A stretch of 64,000 nt of DNA from Octopus vulgaris (Eukaryota), in NCBI GenBank assembly GCA_951406725.2, contig OX597826.1:16740001-16804000 (forward strand), given 5' to 3'. The notes under the pieces are model-generated. The model worked only from the letters and a program-made list of their open reading frames with translations, made no database searches and was not told the origin of the DNA. This document shows, one piece after another, positions 42,284 to 55,215 of the stretch. Numbering within the stretch: position 1 is the first letter of the stretch; each line of letters starts with the position of its first letter. Position numbers and translations under genes: made by a program.

Positions 42284-42318
42284 GTTTCCGACGAAGAGCT
42301 CCGCTCGAAACGTCAAAC
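42284..42318 (+). ncRNA. minimal type I hammerhead ribozyme, U4C variant
   Basis: GTTT-CCGACGA-AGAGC-TCC-GCTC-GAAAC-GTC-AAAC. Stem I is GTTT/AAAC, stem II is GAGC/GCTC, the palindrome ACGT and a GUC triplet are present. It sits in a ~290 bp repeat (42140-42430) ending at (TA)n. Confidence 0.75.
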
Positions 42319-42425
42319 CCTCCTTCCCTTCTTTCCTGGGCGTCAAATAATACTTTAATTGTTCCACGTCCTCGCGTTGCTGTGTTTTTTTTCTGTGTTT
42401 TTTTCTGTGTTTTCTTGTTTGATTA

Positions 42426-42430
<5 letters not shown>

Positions 42431-42512
<82 letters not shown>

Positions 42513-42579
42513 TTATATACATATATACACATTTATATAAATATATATATGTATATATATACATTTATACATAGAGATA

Positions 42580-42623
<44 letters not shown>

Positions 42624-42720
42624 AATATATATATGTATATATATATAGAGAGAGTGAGAGAGAGAGAGAGACATATAATACATATATATGTATATGTATG
42701 TAGGTATGTATGAATATACA
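42431..42720. repeat. (TA)n/(GA)n microsatellite cluster
   Basis: Direct observation. Confidence 0.95.
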
Positions 42721-43772
42721 TACATGGGATAAGTTATAATCACACTCAAATATACATATATGCTTCACGTCTTCATTCAGGCACACATACACACGTACGT
42801 AGGTCCACACACACATATCCTTGTGTACAAGAGAGAGGGAGGAGTGGAAGTGAGAGAGAAGGAAGAAATTGTTTAGATCTTGCCGGATCTTTTGACTGCA
42901 AGAGCTGTTATAGCCGAAAAGAAAGGACAGCTTCAGTTGGGAATTCAAGATGGTGGGTGTTGTAATGTAGGGCATTGTATATATATTCCTACATTACATA
43001 TTTATATCGTTTCGCAAGCAGAAAATTTAAGATTTATTTTCCTAGTTTCCAAACTTCTGTAGAATCTCTTCAGAAAAATGATATACTTTCTGCCCGAGTA
43101 GATGATTGTAGCTTAGAACTTTTTATGAATTTTATATTCTAGAAGTCGGGGAAATATGAAATAATCCAAGCTGTCACTGACATCAATAACGTGCAATTTG
43201 ATTGGCTAATTTAAGAGAATCCTGTATAGTATTCACTATAAATATCTATAAACTAATCATATGGGTATGGAAAGAAAATGAAATCTAGAAATATGTAACA
43301 TGGCTTCCACATTTTCTACCTATATGCAGTTTAAAAAATGTTATGCAACCGCATTGGAAAGATTTCACAACGATTTTTATGTTTTATTCTGAAAAGCCTT
43401 AGACTCTATATCATATTATCGCAAAATTCTCTGCAGTCTGTAGTGAACTATGAATAAAGTATATAAATAAACGTATGTGTATGAATGTGCAGATGTTTAT
43501 CTGTGCATGTGTAAATGTTTGTGGCGAAAGCGTGAGAGAGATCGATGTAGAACTTTGATCAACATTCATGGAAGCAAATATATTTCAATTACCCAAATTG
43601 ATCAATTCATATACAAAGTGGGAACTCCTTTTGATCGTTCTAATGAATCGGTATTCGTCACGTAACCACTTGTTTAAGTTCTTCGAAACCAAAATAAAAA
43701 TACTTGTTGTTAGTTAATGATGCGTGAAGGGTAGAATTTATCCATAGTGTTTGTATATACATATACAAATGT

Positions 43773-43803
<31 letters not shown>

Positions 43804-43987
43804 ATTGGAACACATTTTGTTTTGGGCAAAATATTTGGTTGTCGAGACAGTTATTAACAAAGCAATGAATGTATTTATCAGCAGACTGTTTACACATATA
43901 TTTTCTCAGAAATCGAACTCAAGGATTAATTTGTTTGTACGGATGCTTACAATATCTATATTTAGTACATATAAAAATACTGTATTG

Positions 43988-45935
43988 TCTATATACAAGT
44001 GTAGAAAATAGTTCAATAAATATCAGCAAGTTATTCAAGGCTTTCAGGACTCGAGATTTCATATATTTGCATACACAATCATAAACCGGTGAAGAATTAC
44101 ATTCGCGCCCATATAATTTTGCGCACACATAATTTTGTTGTAAATATTGTAAATATATATAATTAGCTCTACTTGTATCAATGAGTTTTATCAGTAAACA
44201 TAATTTTTCGTTTCGTTTCTTATTTCTTCAATATCTTCATCCAGTCTCCCATACGTTCCCCTGAAGCAACACATTTTCATGCTGTTGATAGGTTATAGCA
44301 TTCCTGGTAACTTCTGCTGACATATAACTTTTTTCTTTTTTTTTTTTTTTGAGAGAGATGATATCTAGTAAAATTATTAACAATCTACCATCCGAACTAC
44401 AGTATTGTATCATGCAAATGCAATACGAGAACATATAGTAATCCTACCAACTAATTCTGCTACAGGATTAAATTGAAATTTAAACTTTGAGGTTAAGAGA
44501 AAATGAAATTAATGCTAGTAACCGCAAATTCATGAGGATCACTTCTTTCATTCCTTATGCAACAACATTTATAACACTATACAGTTGTATTAATAGTGGT
44601 TTCCAATTTTTGCAAAAGGCAGTTAGGTGTAGGGGAGAGGCTAAGTTGATTAAATCGACGCCAGTATTCACCTGGTACTTACTTTATCGAACTCAGAACT
44701 TAAAATGTAACGACGGAACAAATGTCGCTAAGCATTTTGGACGGTGGGCAATTGATTCTGCCAGCTCACCGCCTTTACAGCCGTATTAATATTCTTTTCT
44801 GCTCTATGCACAAGGACCGAAAATTTTGGTGGGAGGGAGCCAGTCGATGAGATCGACCTCAGTACGCAACTGGTACTTAATTTATCGACTCCGAAAGGAT
44901 GAAAGGCAAAATCGACCTCAGCGGAATGTGAACTCACATACGAAATACCTATTTCTTTATTGCCCACAAGGGGCTAAACAGAGAGAGGACAAACAAGGAC
45001 AGACAAACGGATTAAGTCGATTACATCGACCCCAGTGCGTAACTGGTACTTAATTTATCGACCCCGAAAGGATGAATGGCAAAGTTGATCTCGGCGTAAT
45101 TTGAACTCAGAACGTAACGGCAGACAAAATACGGCTACGCATTTCTCCCGGCGTGCTAACGTTTCTACCAGCTTGCCGCCTCACAGCCGAATTCATATTA
45201 CAGTAAGTTGATGAAGCGTTATTTAGTCTTAAATACCACATATTCAAAGATATTGTGACTATAATGAAGAATCCTGGGAAATATAATTCATTGTATTGCT
45301 TACGAAGGAAATATTGTTGTACTTTGTATCACACTAATTATTCTACAATAATTGCCATGTTTCTCCAGTACTGAACTTGAGAGTTCCATATCCATAATCT
45401 GTGTACAATATCTGTCTAAAACAAAATTGACGGAGGAAAGAAAATATGCGAAAAGGAAAGAAAATATGCGACGCAGAAACTTAAAACCCCTTGTAAAGAG
45501 TTAAAGTCGTTTTTCGGCGGGGTGGGGGTGGGGGCTGCGCGATATACGAAAAGTGCAACATTTTGCAGCCCATCCCCAGAAATGTGGTGACATTTTTACG
45601 AGATTAACATTATATTCGGGTGTATATGATAACCCTAAGAAAACATAGCAGTGAACGTTTCTTACTCAGAAGCATAGAACAAGCAATATTAACTGATATA
45701 CATAATTCTATCGTGATATCGAGAGATAGTGTGATTTTATATTCCAAACGTATTTCTATTTGTTCTCTGGCGTCTGACAACAATTGAGTAATGATACACC
45801 ATATATTAGATGGGCGCGAATGTAATTCTTCACCGGTTTATGATTGTGTATGCAAATATATGAAATCTCGAGTCCTGAAAGCCTTGAATAACTTATTCAA
45901 TATTTATTGAACTATTTTCTACACTTGTATATAGA
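43988..45935. repeat. ~125 bp inverted repeat (43988-44112 / 45810-45935) with a 1.7 kb spacer
   Basis: Arms are nearly identical reverse complements. The right arm has a hammerhead-like GAAAT-CTCGA-GTC and ends just before (CA)n. Confidence 0.88.
44600..45180 (-). mobile_element. stack of SINE family B copies (44600-44773; 44793-45180 composite)
   Basis: The second copy is the reverse complement of the 38296-38689 composite. Spacer ACAG(CC/TT)G(T/A)ATT(A/C)ATA occurs three times. Confidence 0.88.
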
Positions 45936-45997
45936 TATGTAACTGCACACACACACACACACACATACACACACACACACACCACACACACACACAC

Positions 45998-46065
<68 letters not shown>

Positions 46066-46109
46066 ACACACACACACATATACATATATATATATATATA
46101 TATATTTGC

Positions 46110-47000
46110 TGAACCATCACTTTTGCTCTCAAGCCTTCATTTATGTTTATCAGATTGTATTTTCGCTTTATCATTCTAGCCCTTCTGGTTTTTACATTAT
46201 TTCCTTTGGAGGGTTCATCTAAGATTGATAATTCCCGTCGGAAGCTCTCGATTTCCAACTTGGGTGGTCGTCTGCTTTTTTGAGAGCCTTCTTCTTTATC
46301 TTGACTCCTATTTTCTTTGTGGCAACGATAGTTGTTGAGCATATACGATGGTTTAAGGAAGTTTAATGAAGTAAATCTGTCTCAGTTTCAGGGAGAAGCT
46401 GCTTCAGAGCATAGTCATATATTTTGATTTTACAGTAATTTGATTTAGTGTTCTGAAACTTTGGTAGTTGATCTCTGTCATTTATTTCTAGATGTTTAGG
46501 GATACACGTCTCTCTCAAGATATCGTTTTTTGCCTCAAGTATGTTCTCTCTATTGCTTCAGCGAATGCGTCTAACATTGCAGCTGCAGGTTAATTCCTAA
46601 TTCCTATTGCTTCACTCTCAGTTTGACCATCAACTACTTAAGGCTCTAAGTTGCTTACATAAACAATATGCTCAAGGGTGTCTCTATAAAAGGTTGAATA
46701 TTTCCCTATTCGTTATTCCCAGTGTCTGCACCATTTGTTTCAGCTTGATTTTCTTGCGATGGTAGTGGCATTATTTTTGGTGTCTTTAATTCTGCTGCTG
46801 TTAAGTTGTTAATTCGCATGATGTCTCTGCGAACGTTGGCTAATTTGCTTGCATTAGTATAATCACAGATGTCACCTCTTATCATTTCTCTCCAGGTATT
46901 GAAACACAACTCAGTTTTATTAGTTCAGTGCTGTGTAGAGTGCTCTCATGACTTGCTGTCCTGTCTCTGCTATATTTTTGGTGCTTCTTTCGACGTTTGC
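46110..47000 (-). mobile_element. R4/Dong-clade LINE N-terminal relic (Myb-like region)
   Basis: TWREM...YTNASKLANVRRDIMRINNLTAAEL (like TEQRLADQ.R.I...N.LS..EL) and KLEIESFRRELSIL...KRKYNL. Confidence 0.6.
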
Positions 47001-47559
47001 TTTATTTAGCGTTTGTCCTAAAGTGTCTGGATTGATTTCTCGGTTCTGATTTTTCTCATGTCATTTTCAGAGGTGTGTTTTCCAATTTTCGACGTTTCGA
47101 CCTGGGGGACCCGAGTGACAGACGATCCAATACAATCTGTTTGTAGTTAGCATTTTAATCCATCTAACCTTTCTGACAATAAGTGATCTTCGTCACTACG
47201 CTCGAGAGATTTGCTGTCTACCCTCATTTGGATGGGCTGTGTTGCGCTGGTCATCGAAAGTATTCACGGCGCTGCAGCGGTGAGTAAGCACTTTTGAATT
47301 AATTTCTGAGGAAGTACAAACTCATCCCCTATTTTATTGCTTAAGTATGTTTTGTTATGAGGCTTGTGCTTGAGTCTTTTGTTATATTGCTTGTGTTCTT
47401 CAGTTGGGTATCGCCAGTGGCATTATGGGTTCGTGTGTTCAGTCTGTACTTTTTGACAAGATACCGCCTCCGGCCGAGTGCTGGGGCTGCTTTCGTATGG
47501 TGATTATCCAAGGTTCACAGAAGGAAATTCACCGTTCATTCTTGAGATCTTTATCAATG

Positions 47560-48070
47560 AGCACAGCTGTCCCTTTCGACATTCTACATTTCTCGCTATC
47601 GGTAGTGTTGTCAATTCTGAACTTAATATAATTGATCTTTTACGCTTGTTCCTGAGCTGTGCATGTGTGCTCCTTCCTCTCTCTTCAGGTCACTCCTCTC
47701 ATTCATAGCCACCGGTCATCTGTATCTGTATTGGTGTTTACATCTCTTGCAAACAGACCGTACATTTTTCCTTCCATTTGTTTTTTGCTCATTTCTAGTG
47801 TAAAGTTTTCCTTATTTACACAATTTTTAGTTTTGATGACGCCGGCCTTCGTGTGTTTCAAAAGTGGCTCCACGGCATTTTTTACATATTACACTAGGCT
47901 ATTTTCCTCTGCTTCGATACACTCCTCTCCCCCTCTTTCTTCTGGACAAGTACAGTCTGTTTTTGCAGTCTGCTTGGTGTGTTTTGCTTGTTTGGTGACA
48001 GTGGTTTCAGGTTCTTCACATAATTGGCTACTCAAGACCCTTCAGATATATACGATCTTGCCTGTCATCT
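47560..48070 (-). mobile_element. R4/Dong-clade LINE RT C-terminal/zinc-knuckle relic
   Basis: NRLYLSRR..ECIEAEENSL.*YVKNAVEPLLK, DLKRE...TAQEQA and YIKFRIDNTTDSEKCRM. Its 5' end abuts (CTT)n. Confidence 0.75.
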
Positions 48071-48082
48071 CTAATTTGTTTT

Positions 48083-48217
48083 TTCTTCTTCTTCTTCTTC
48101 TTCTTCTTCTTCTTCTTCTTCTTCTTCTTCTTCTTCTTCTTCTTCTTCCCCCCCTCCTCTTCTTCTTCTTCTTCTTCTGTTTTATACTTCTTTTCCTCAT
48201 TATTATTATTATTATTA

Positions 48218-48275
<58 letters not shown>

Positions 48276-48462
48276 TCGCTACTACATGATAATTGAGTTA
48301 GCACTTATTTTATCTTGTGTTTGGCGTCAGTAAAATTCCTGTAATCTCAACAATCTTTCTTTGGGTTCTAGGAAGCATTTAGTGTCTTTAAGGAGGCATT
48401 TAGAGTGCTGTGCCAAGTGCATCAATAACTAGATGCTCTACTTTTATTATTACTCCTTAGCT

Positions 48463-48514
<52 letters not shown>

Positions 48515-48536
48515 CATTATTATTATTATTATTATT
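48083..48536. repeat. (CTT)n and (TTA)n tracts enclosing a short RLE-LINE 3' relic (about 48280-48445, minus)
   Basis: Microsatellites seen directly. KVEHLVIDALGT resembles VVPVVIGALG. Confidence 0.6.
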
Positions 48537-48959
48537 GAATGAAAGAGCATCACACGCCATCAAAAGGATGTCGAGGTAAATATATAGGAAGCTTAATATA
48601 CCCATCGTGATTTAGTTCAAGGTCAATCTCGCTGCCAGCAAATCATTTGCGATTCCTTTCCCAAGCGCTCCTTCTACGTTTCTAACTAAGTTTCTCTCTC
48701 TTCTATTTCTTTCTATCACTAATGCCTTACTAAACCTAACTGATTCTACTCTAATTGCTGTTGACGATTGATCCCGTCAACTAATCCAGTCTCTGCCTAC
48801 GAACTCTTTCTAAGTCAACCGTCCAAATCACAAATTTGTGGTCTGTGTAGCCGGCGATTTAAAGCAAAAGGCAACTTATACTGTACATATTTCCTGACCT
48901 ATAGAACACTTTATCTAGATACGACCTAGATGACCCAATGCGGTTCGTCCATATCCACA

Positions 48960-50330
48960 CTTTGACATCAGTTACTCAAGTCGGTACCCGTCAGGCAGTT
49001 GAAAACAGCCAAGTAAATTTGTGAGGCGTTTGCACATAGCTCTTGTAACACCTAGTCCCACACAATCTAAGTGTGCATTCGAGATAGCTTTCCAGTTACC
49101 CATTAGCATTAAAGGTCGACATGTCCCCCAGATGACTAAAGGAATCTGGTTGTCCTGCCCCTGCCGGGGCATAAATGTTCACCAGTCGTCCATATTGTTT
49201 ACATCCTTGGCCACCAACTTACCTACTGGGGTCATAAATATGGCCCTTGTCTTAAAGATCTAGACATCTATGAAACAACACAGAAGTTTACTCCCCATTA
49301 CCAGTTGTCATGGTGATAAGTAAACCTAGTATTCATTGAAAGTGGACATGAAAGCTCGTCGGCTAAAGAATCCTGTATTACTGACAGCCATGGCATCTAA
49401 ACTTTGTGATCTGAGGCCATTTGAACCTGTATTTAAGGTGATTCCAGGCCACGTGTATCTATAATGCCTATTCTGAGCAAGACCATGCTGAATAATGGAC
49501 TAGACAGAGAAGAGGATGAGGCAACTAGTCGTAGATTTCTGAGTGTGGATAGTTGTTCTATTCCAAAGATTAGATGTTCCAACGATCAGCTTTTTGCAAA
49601 GTCTTTTGTTAACATGTTTTCTATGATTTCATACCCCATCAGGGTATTTGTTTTTTAACGTTAAATGTTTGTTCTAACTGCATACATTTTATGTGTGTAG
49701 TTATATTGGCTATCGGTGCGATAAAATTGCTCTGAGTGATGTGTGTATCGGGATGTATATACTCTATGAGTGCATTGTCAGTGATGTTTATAGCAGTGTA
49801 GTTGAGCATAGTTATCTTTTCCTCGTATTGGGATGTGTAACCAGACTTGGGTGTGTGAATTAGGCTGTGCATTATTGATGGTGCCTATGTTGCTAGTGGA
49901 GTTCATGGTAATGATGTGGTTGATGTGGACAATGTTATTGAAGATCCCCGTAGTGGGTGGTGTTTGAGCATTGTTGTTCAAAGCATCTCCTCCATTTGTT
50001 GCTATCTGCCAGATATCTGTGTTGGTGAGTTTCTGTTCAGCTTTCTTTCCTTGACTTTCTGACCGTTTGTCATTGAGCCTTTCATCGTCCCCTTTATGGT
50101 AGTACGTGTCCAATTTTGAGTTTATTTTTTGTGTCTTGCTGAAGTAGCTGTAGTTTTCGATTTGGTGTTTTATGATGTTGTTGTTCATGGCGATGTTGAT
50201 GTTGCTGCTTTTGTGCATACTGCAGTTACTGTCGTTGCTGCTATATTCGGTCCTGTTGTTGCTGATGTTGTGGCCATCTGCCCCTAACGGTGCTGATGCA
50301 GCAGCCTTTGCTATTGTTGTTCATGTTATT
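48960..50330 (-). mobile_element. Tx1/L1-like LINE relic: ORF1 tail plus ORF2 APE endonuclease start
   Basis: MVLLRIGIIDTRGL...RAIFMTPVGKLVAKDVN..RLVNIYAPAGAG..GTCRPLMLMGNWKAI aligns with 60950-60480. Confidence 0.75.
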
Positions 50331-50603
50331 ACTTAATAATGATGATGGACACTCCTGTCGAAGACGATCCATTAGTGTTTAGTTTCTTACCGAACGACGT
50401 GCACAAATGATTTATTTATAGTGAACACATGTAAGTGCTGTACATCAGCTCACTCTCTTCATCAAATCGACGTTGCCTGATCAGGTGGGCGGTGTGCCAC
50501 GCGACAAATGTCGAAGTGAAATGAAATGTTTTGCTCCAGAACAAAACGGGGGATCCAGTCTATGAATTGAAACCACGACGTCGTGAACGTGAAGTAGTGA
50601 CAC

Positions 50604-50746
50604 TGACGACGACGACGATGAGGATGATGATGATGATGATCAGGATGGTCATGATAGTCATGATGGTCATGGTGACGATGATGGTCATTTTCATGAAGAT
50701 GATTATGATTTTGATGAGCCTTATTATGAGCATAATCATCATCTTC
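50604..50746. repeat. degenerate (GAT)n microsatellite
   Basis: Direct observation. Confidence 0.85.
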
Positions 50747-51939
50747 AGCATTTATTTAATATCATTTGTACTATTCTAACCCAGATTCCAAAGAGTCACA
50801 TCAGTATTTTATACAATGCTTAATATTATTTAGTGTAATCAGACTAACGAACAGTTTCTGTTGTTTGACTAAAGACTCATTTCTGGTGACGAAATAGTAA
50901 TTATTCATACAACTCGAATTCTTCTCAACAATTTAGCTCCAGGAGATGGCTTCGATTAATCGCACTGATCTATTTTACATATATTTCATATGTAATTTTG
51001 CTGAAAATTAAGAAAGACATTTTGAGTTTGGAATTACATTAAAGCTTGTTTTTTTAAGAGAGTAACGTAGGAAATTTAAACTGCTACAATAACAAATGCA
51101 AATAACAGAAAGAGGTAGTTATAGGCCAGTGCAACGTGACTAGAACATTAGCAGCATGATGTCCAAATTAATTACAAAGAAGCGAGTGAGCTTAAATGAG
51201 TTACAAATTTGTGATACATGCAATATATTAATTATAAGGAGAAATAATGATTGCTGGATTCATTCTTAATTTCCGGATATAGAATGTGATGAAAAATATC
51301 TCTTCGCTTCTTAATGCATTGAAATTAGCCGTTGCGATGGAGGTGATTGTCCAAAATTAGAATATTACATGGACGGGTTTCATATATAAAGGGGAAAAAA
51401 TGCAGCAATAAAGAATATGAATTTCAAAAGAGAACAAAATATGAAAATAAAAAATGAGTGGAGAAAAGATGATAAAAATATTTGCCAAAAATATTGTTGA
51501 TATCAAAACTCGTTAAATTATAAAATTAATGCAATTGTAAAATTAACACTAATTCGGTCCCATTGTATGTCGGGTATTTTAAATGAAGTTGAAGTTCAGG
51601 CAAGTATTAACAATACTGGATTCATTGTTTGTATTTGGTTATAATAGTGGTGTATAGCATACGCTAATTGTGATTATGTTGAAAGGTGACAATGATGATA
51701 ACGCTATCAATGATTGATGACGCTACCAATGCAATTTAGTTGTAGCGGTTTGCCTGTATCTTAGGTATTTTTTCTCTAAGTACATTTTCCAATACTGAAT
51801 AGAAATATCGGAAAATAATAAAAGTAAGATAGGAGGTACGCAGGAAGAGAAATATTTAGAAGATCGGAATATTCTAATATTCTGATTATATATATATATA
51901 CTAGCAGAGATAACTGGGCTTGCTCAGGATTAAAATATC

Positions 51940-52187
<248 letters not shown>

Positions 52188-52781
52188 TGTAAATTTAGGG
52201 TGAATACTTGATAAGTGTAAGAACTTGTATATGCCAGATAGTGGCAGAGGTGCAAGAGAATATATCAAATAAAATTAAAACAAAACACAAAGGATATCGC
52301 GGTACACGTATTTCAAGCTTTATAAACAATCCATTATTACATCAGTGTATTATTGATATAAAAGATGGTTTAAAGCTCTCTTCAGTCGCAAACATTGTTA
52401 GTCCAAAGAATTACATCACAATATAACAAATATGAATAATACATGTAGTAACCCATTTATCATATCTCCTTGAAAAAGTGTATTTGTAAAATTTCTTAAC
52501 TGTATAAAAGTATAAAGACTCATTGGATTTCGAAAATCTGCCCGTACTGTATCACCAGTCAACATTTCTTTTCTAGGCATTTCTTTACTAAGCATATATA
52601 GTACAACATACTTAATAAGCATAATATTAATCAGTTAATATACTACTACATATAATTTCACATTTAAGTGCTTCCTGCAATACAAGTAGGACCCGTGGAA
52701 ATTCCACTGAATCGAAAAATGATGATTTATAGCATTCATATATACATATACATACACACCCACATACACACACACACATAA

Positions 52782-53508
52782 TTTTTGTAGAAGATAAAAA
52801 CTTCAGCTGTCAATAATTTATATTCAAATAAACGAAATCCTGCTTCCAGTGATTTATAAGACGGGATGGGAAGGGACACGGTGCTCCATTCATGGACTTT
52901 TACGATCAATAAACATATGCATGTGTTAAAATATTTCAAATAATAAAATCTAAATGCAGTAAAACATTCTATTCGAGTATATAATGATGACATAATACCA
53001 TGAGAAACTTGTATGATTGTGTAGACACATGTAATCGAGGGAGATTAAAAATTGTAAATAAAGTTCAAGAATCCGAAATATCATGAAAAGTAAAAGTCAG
53101 TTAAAAGCCTACGGACGTTTCAGAAAATATTAAAGGGCTTCAGGAAGAATCAGTATTAAGCTCCTTTAGGTTTTTAACTGACTTTTAGATTTTTAAATGA
53201 CTTTACTTTTCATATTTCTTAATGCTGAACTTTATGTGCCATTTCTGATCTCCAACAATTACCTGTGTCTACACACGCATACACATTTCTTATAATCTTA
53301 TATCATCATTATGTATTCGAATAGAATGTTTTACTGCATTTAAATGTTATTATTTGAATTACTTTAATATATATATGCGTTTATTGATCCTAAAAGTACA
53401 TGAATGCAACAACGTATCCCGTCCAATCACGTCTTATAACTCACTGGAAACGATTTCGTTTATTTGAATGTAATTTATTGACAACTAAAGTTTTTATCTA
53501 CTAAAAAT
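52782..53508. repeat. ~330 bp diverged inverted repeat (52782-53111 / 53167-53508)
   Basis: For example AAATGCAGTAAAACATTCTATTCGA versus TCGAATAGAATGTTTTACTGCATTT. Both arms carry ATGATGA-stem-GAAA motifs. Flanked by microsatellites. Confidence 0.85.
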
Positions 53509-53581
53509 TGTTTTAATCTTTAGCTCACAAAAGAGCACAAAATGTAATTGTACTATACATAGTGTCATCTCCACTAAAATT

Positions 53582-54178
<597 letters not shown>

Positions 54179-54270
54179 TTTCAAAGTGGAAAAATTTACG
54201 GATTTTTTCTCTTACGCGGTTTTTCACTCTAACTACTGATAATTTCTTTTAAAGATTTTATCCTCAATTG

Positions 54271-54305
<35 letters not shown>

Positions 54306-54414
54306 GTTGTGTATGCATGTGTGTATATATATGTATGCATGTATACATCTCTATATAGGTTTGCTGTGCATATATTAAAATATGTGAACATATGTTCATA
54401 CATGTATATGTCCA

Positions 54415-55215
54415 TATATCCATCCATCCATTTTCTCCGTACATTTTCGCTAGTGGCGCTCGACGGGGTACATTTCTCAGGCACCTATACCATAGGATCC
54501 CGTCAAAAGCAACCGTCATAGCACTGTCTAGACGGACTCCGAAATTTAACCAACTTAGTTTGTGAATATTATCCAACCCTGGCATTCTATGTCAACCCGT
54601 AGGTTTCCTGTCGGTGAGCTCGGCTTGATGAATCCATTATAGGATTCTTTCTTGTGAAATTCTAATCCTATGACCGTAGTACTGAAGACGTGACCTCGCA
54701 ATGCAGAGAAGTAGAGACTCGATACGGATGGATTCACTGACATCCGAGCTACGCGCCCTCTCGATTAATGATGTGTCAGATATCCGTCGGAAGAACTCCA
54801 TTTCAGGTGCTTCTAATTTTGATCTTACATTTTTCGGTCATAACCCAACATTCATGAGTGTGGGTACGCAGGAAAATTGAACTGAAGATAGGGAGTTTAG
54901 TTTCTCTAACAACCTACCCACTCCTGAACAGTGAATGCTTGCTTTTGCATATTATTGTGTTCGACGCACCTGCAATAAGATCTTAAGACACTTAAACTTC
55001 TCCACTTCACTTAAATTTCCACTAATATTCAGAGTGCAGTGGGAAAATATTTGTTGAGAGGAAGTATGTATCAGTCTTCAGAACACTAATTCCAATCCTT
55101 GCCTTGCAGCTCACGGTGGTGAACCCATTTACGACATATTGGAGATCACCTTCTGAGAAGCGAAGTAGCACCATGTCGCCTACAGATATCAACCGAGAGA
55201 TCCTACACCCACCAA
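54415..55215 (-). mobile_element. RTE-clade (Rex3/Expander-like) LINE 3' part
   Basis: GDMVLLRFSEGDLQ, HECWVMTEK, EMEFFRRI, ESLLLCIARSRLQYYGH and LSWLNFGV are present. Ends with a (GATG)n tail as Rex3 does. Confidence 0.88.

Noticed and set aside
45517-45537. G-quadruplex candidate GGCGGGGTGGGGGTGGGGG
   Set aside because: Only three long G-runs and no functional context.
47085-47125. Hammerhead on the minus strand (GTCGAAACGTC)
   Set aside because: There is no CUGANGA box upstream with matching stems.
50335-50378. TGATGA-TGGACA-CTCC-TGTC-GAAGAC hammerhead-like motif
   Set aside because: It has several core mismatches and starts in an (ATG)n-like run, so chance is plausible.
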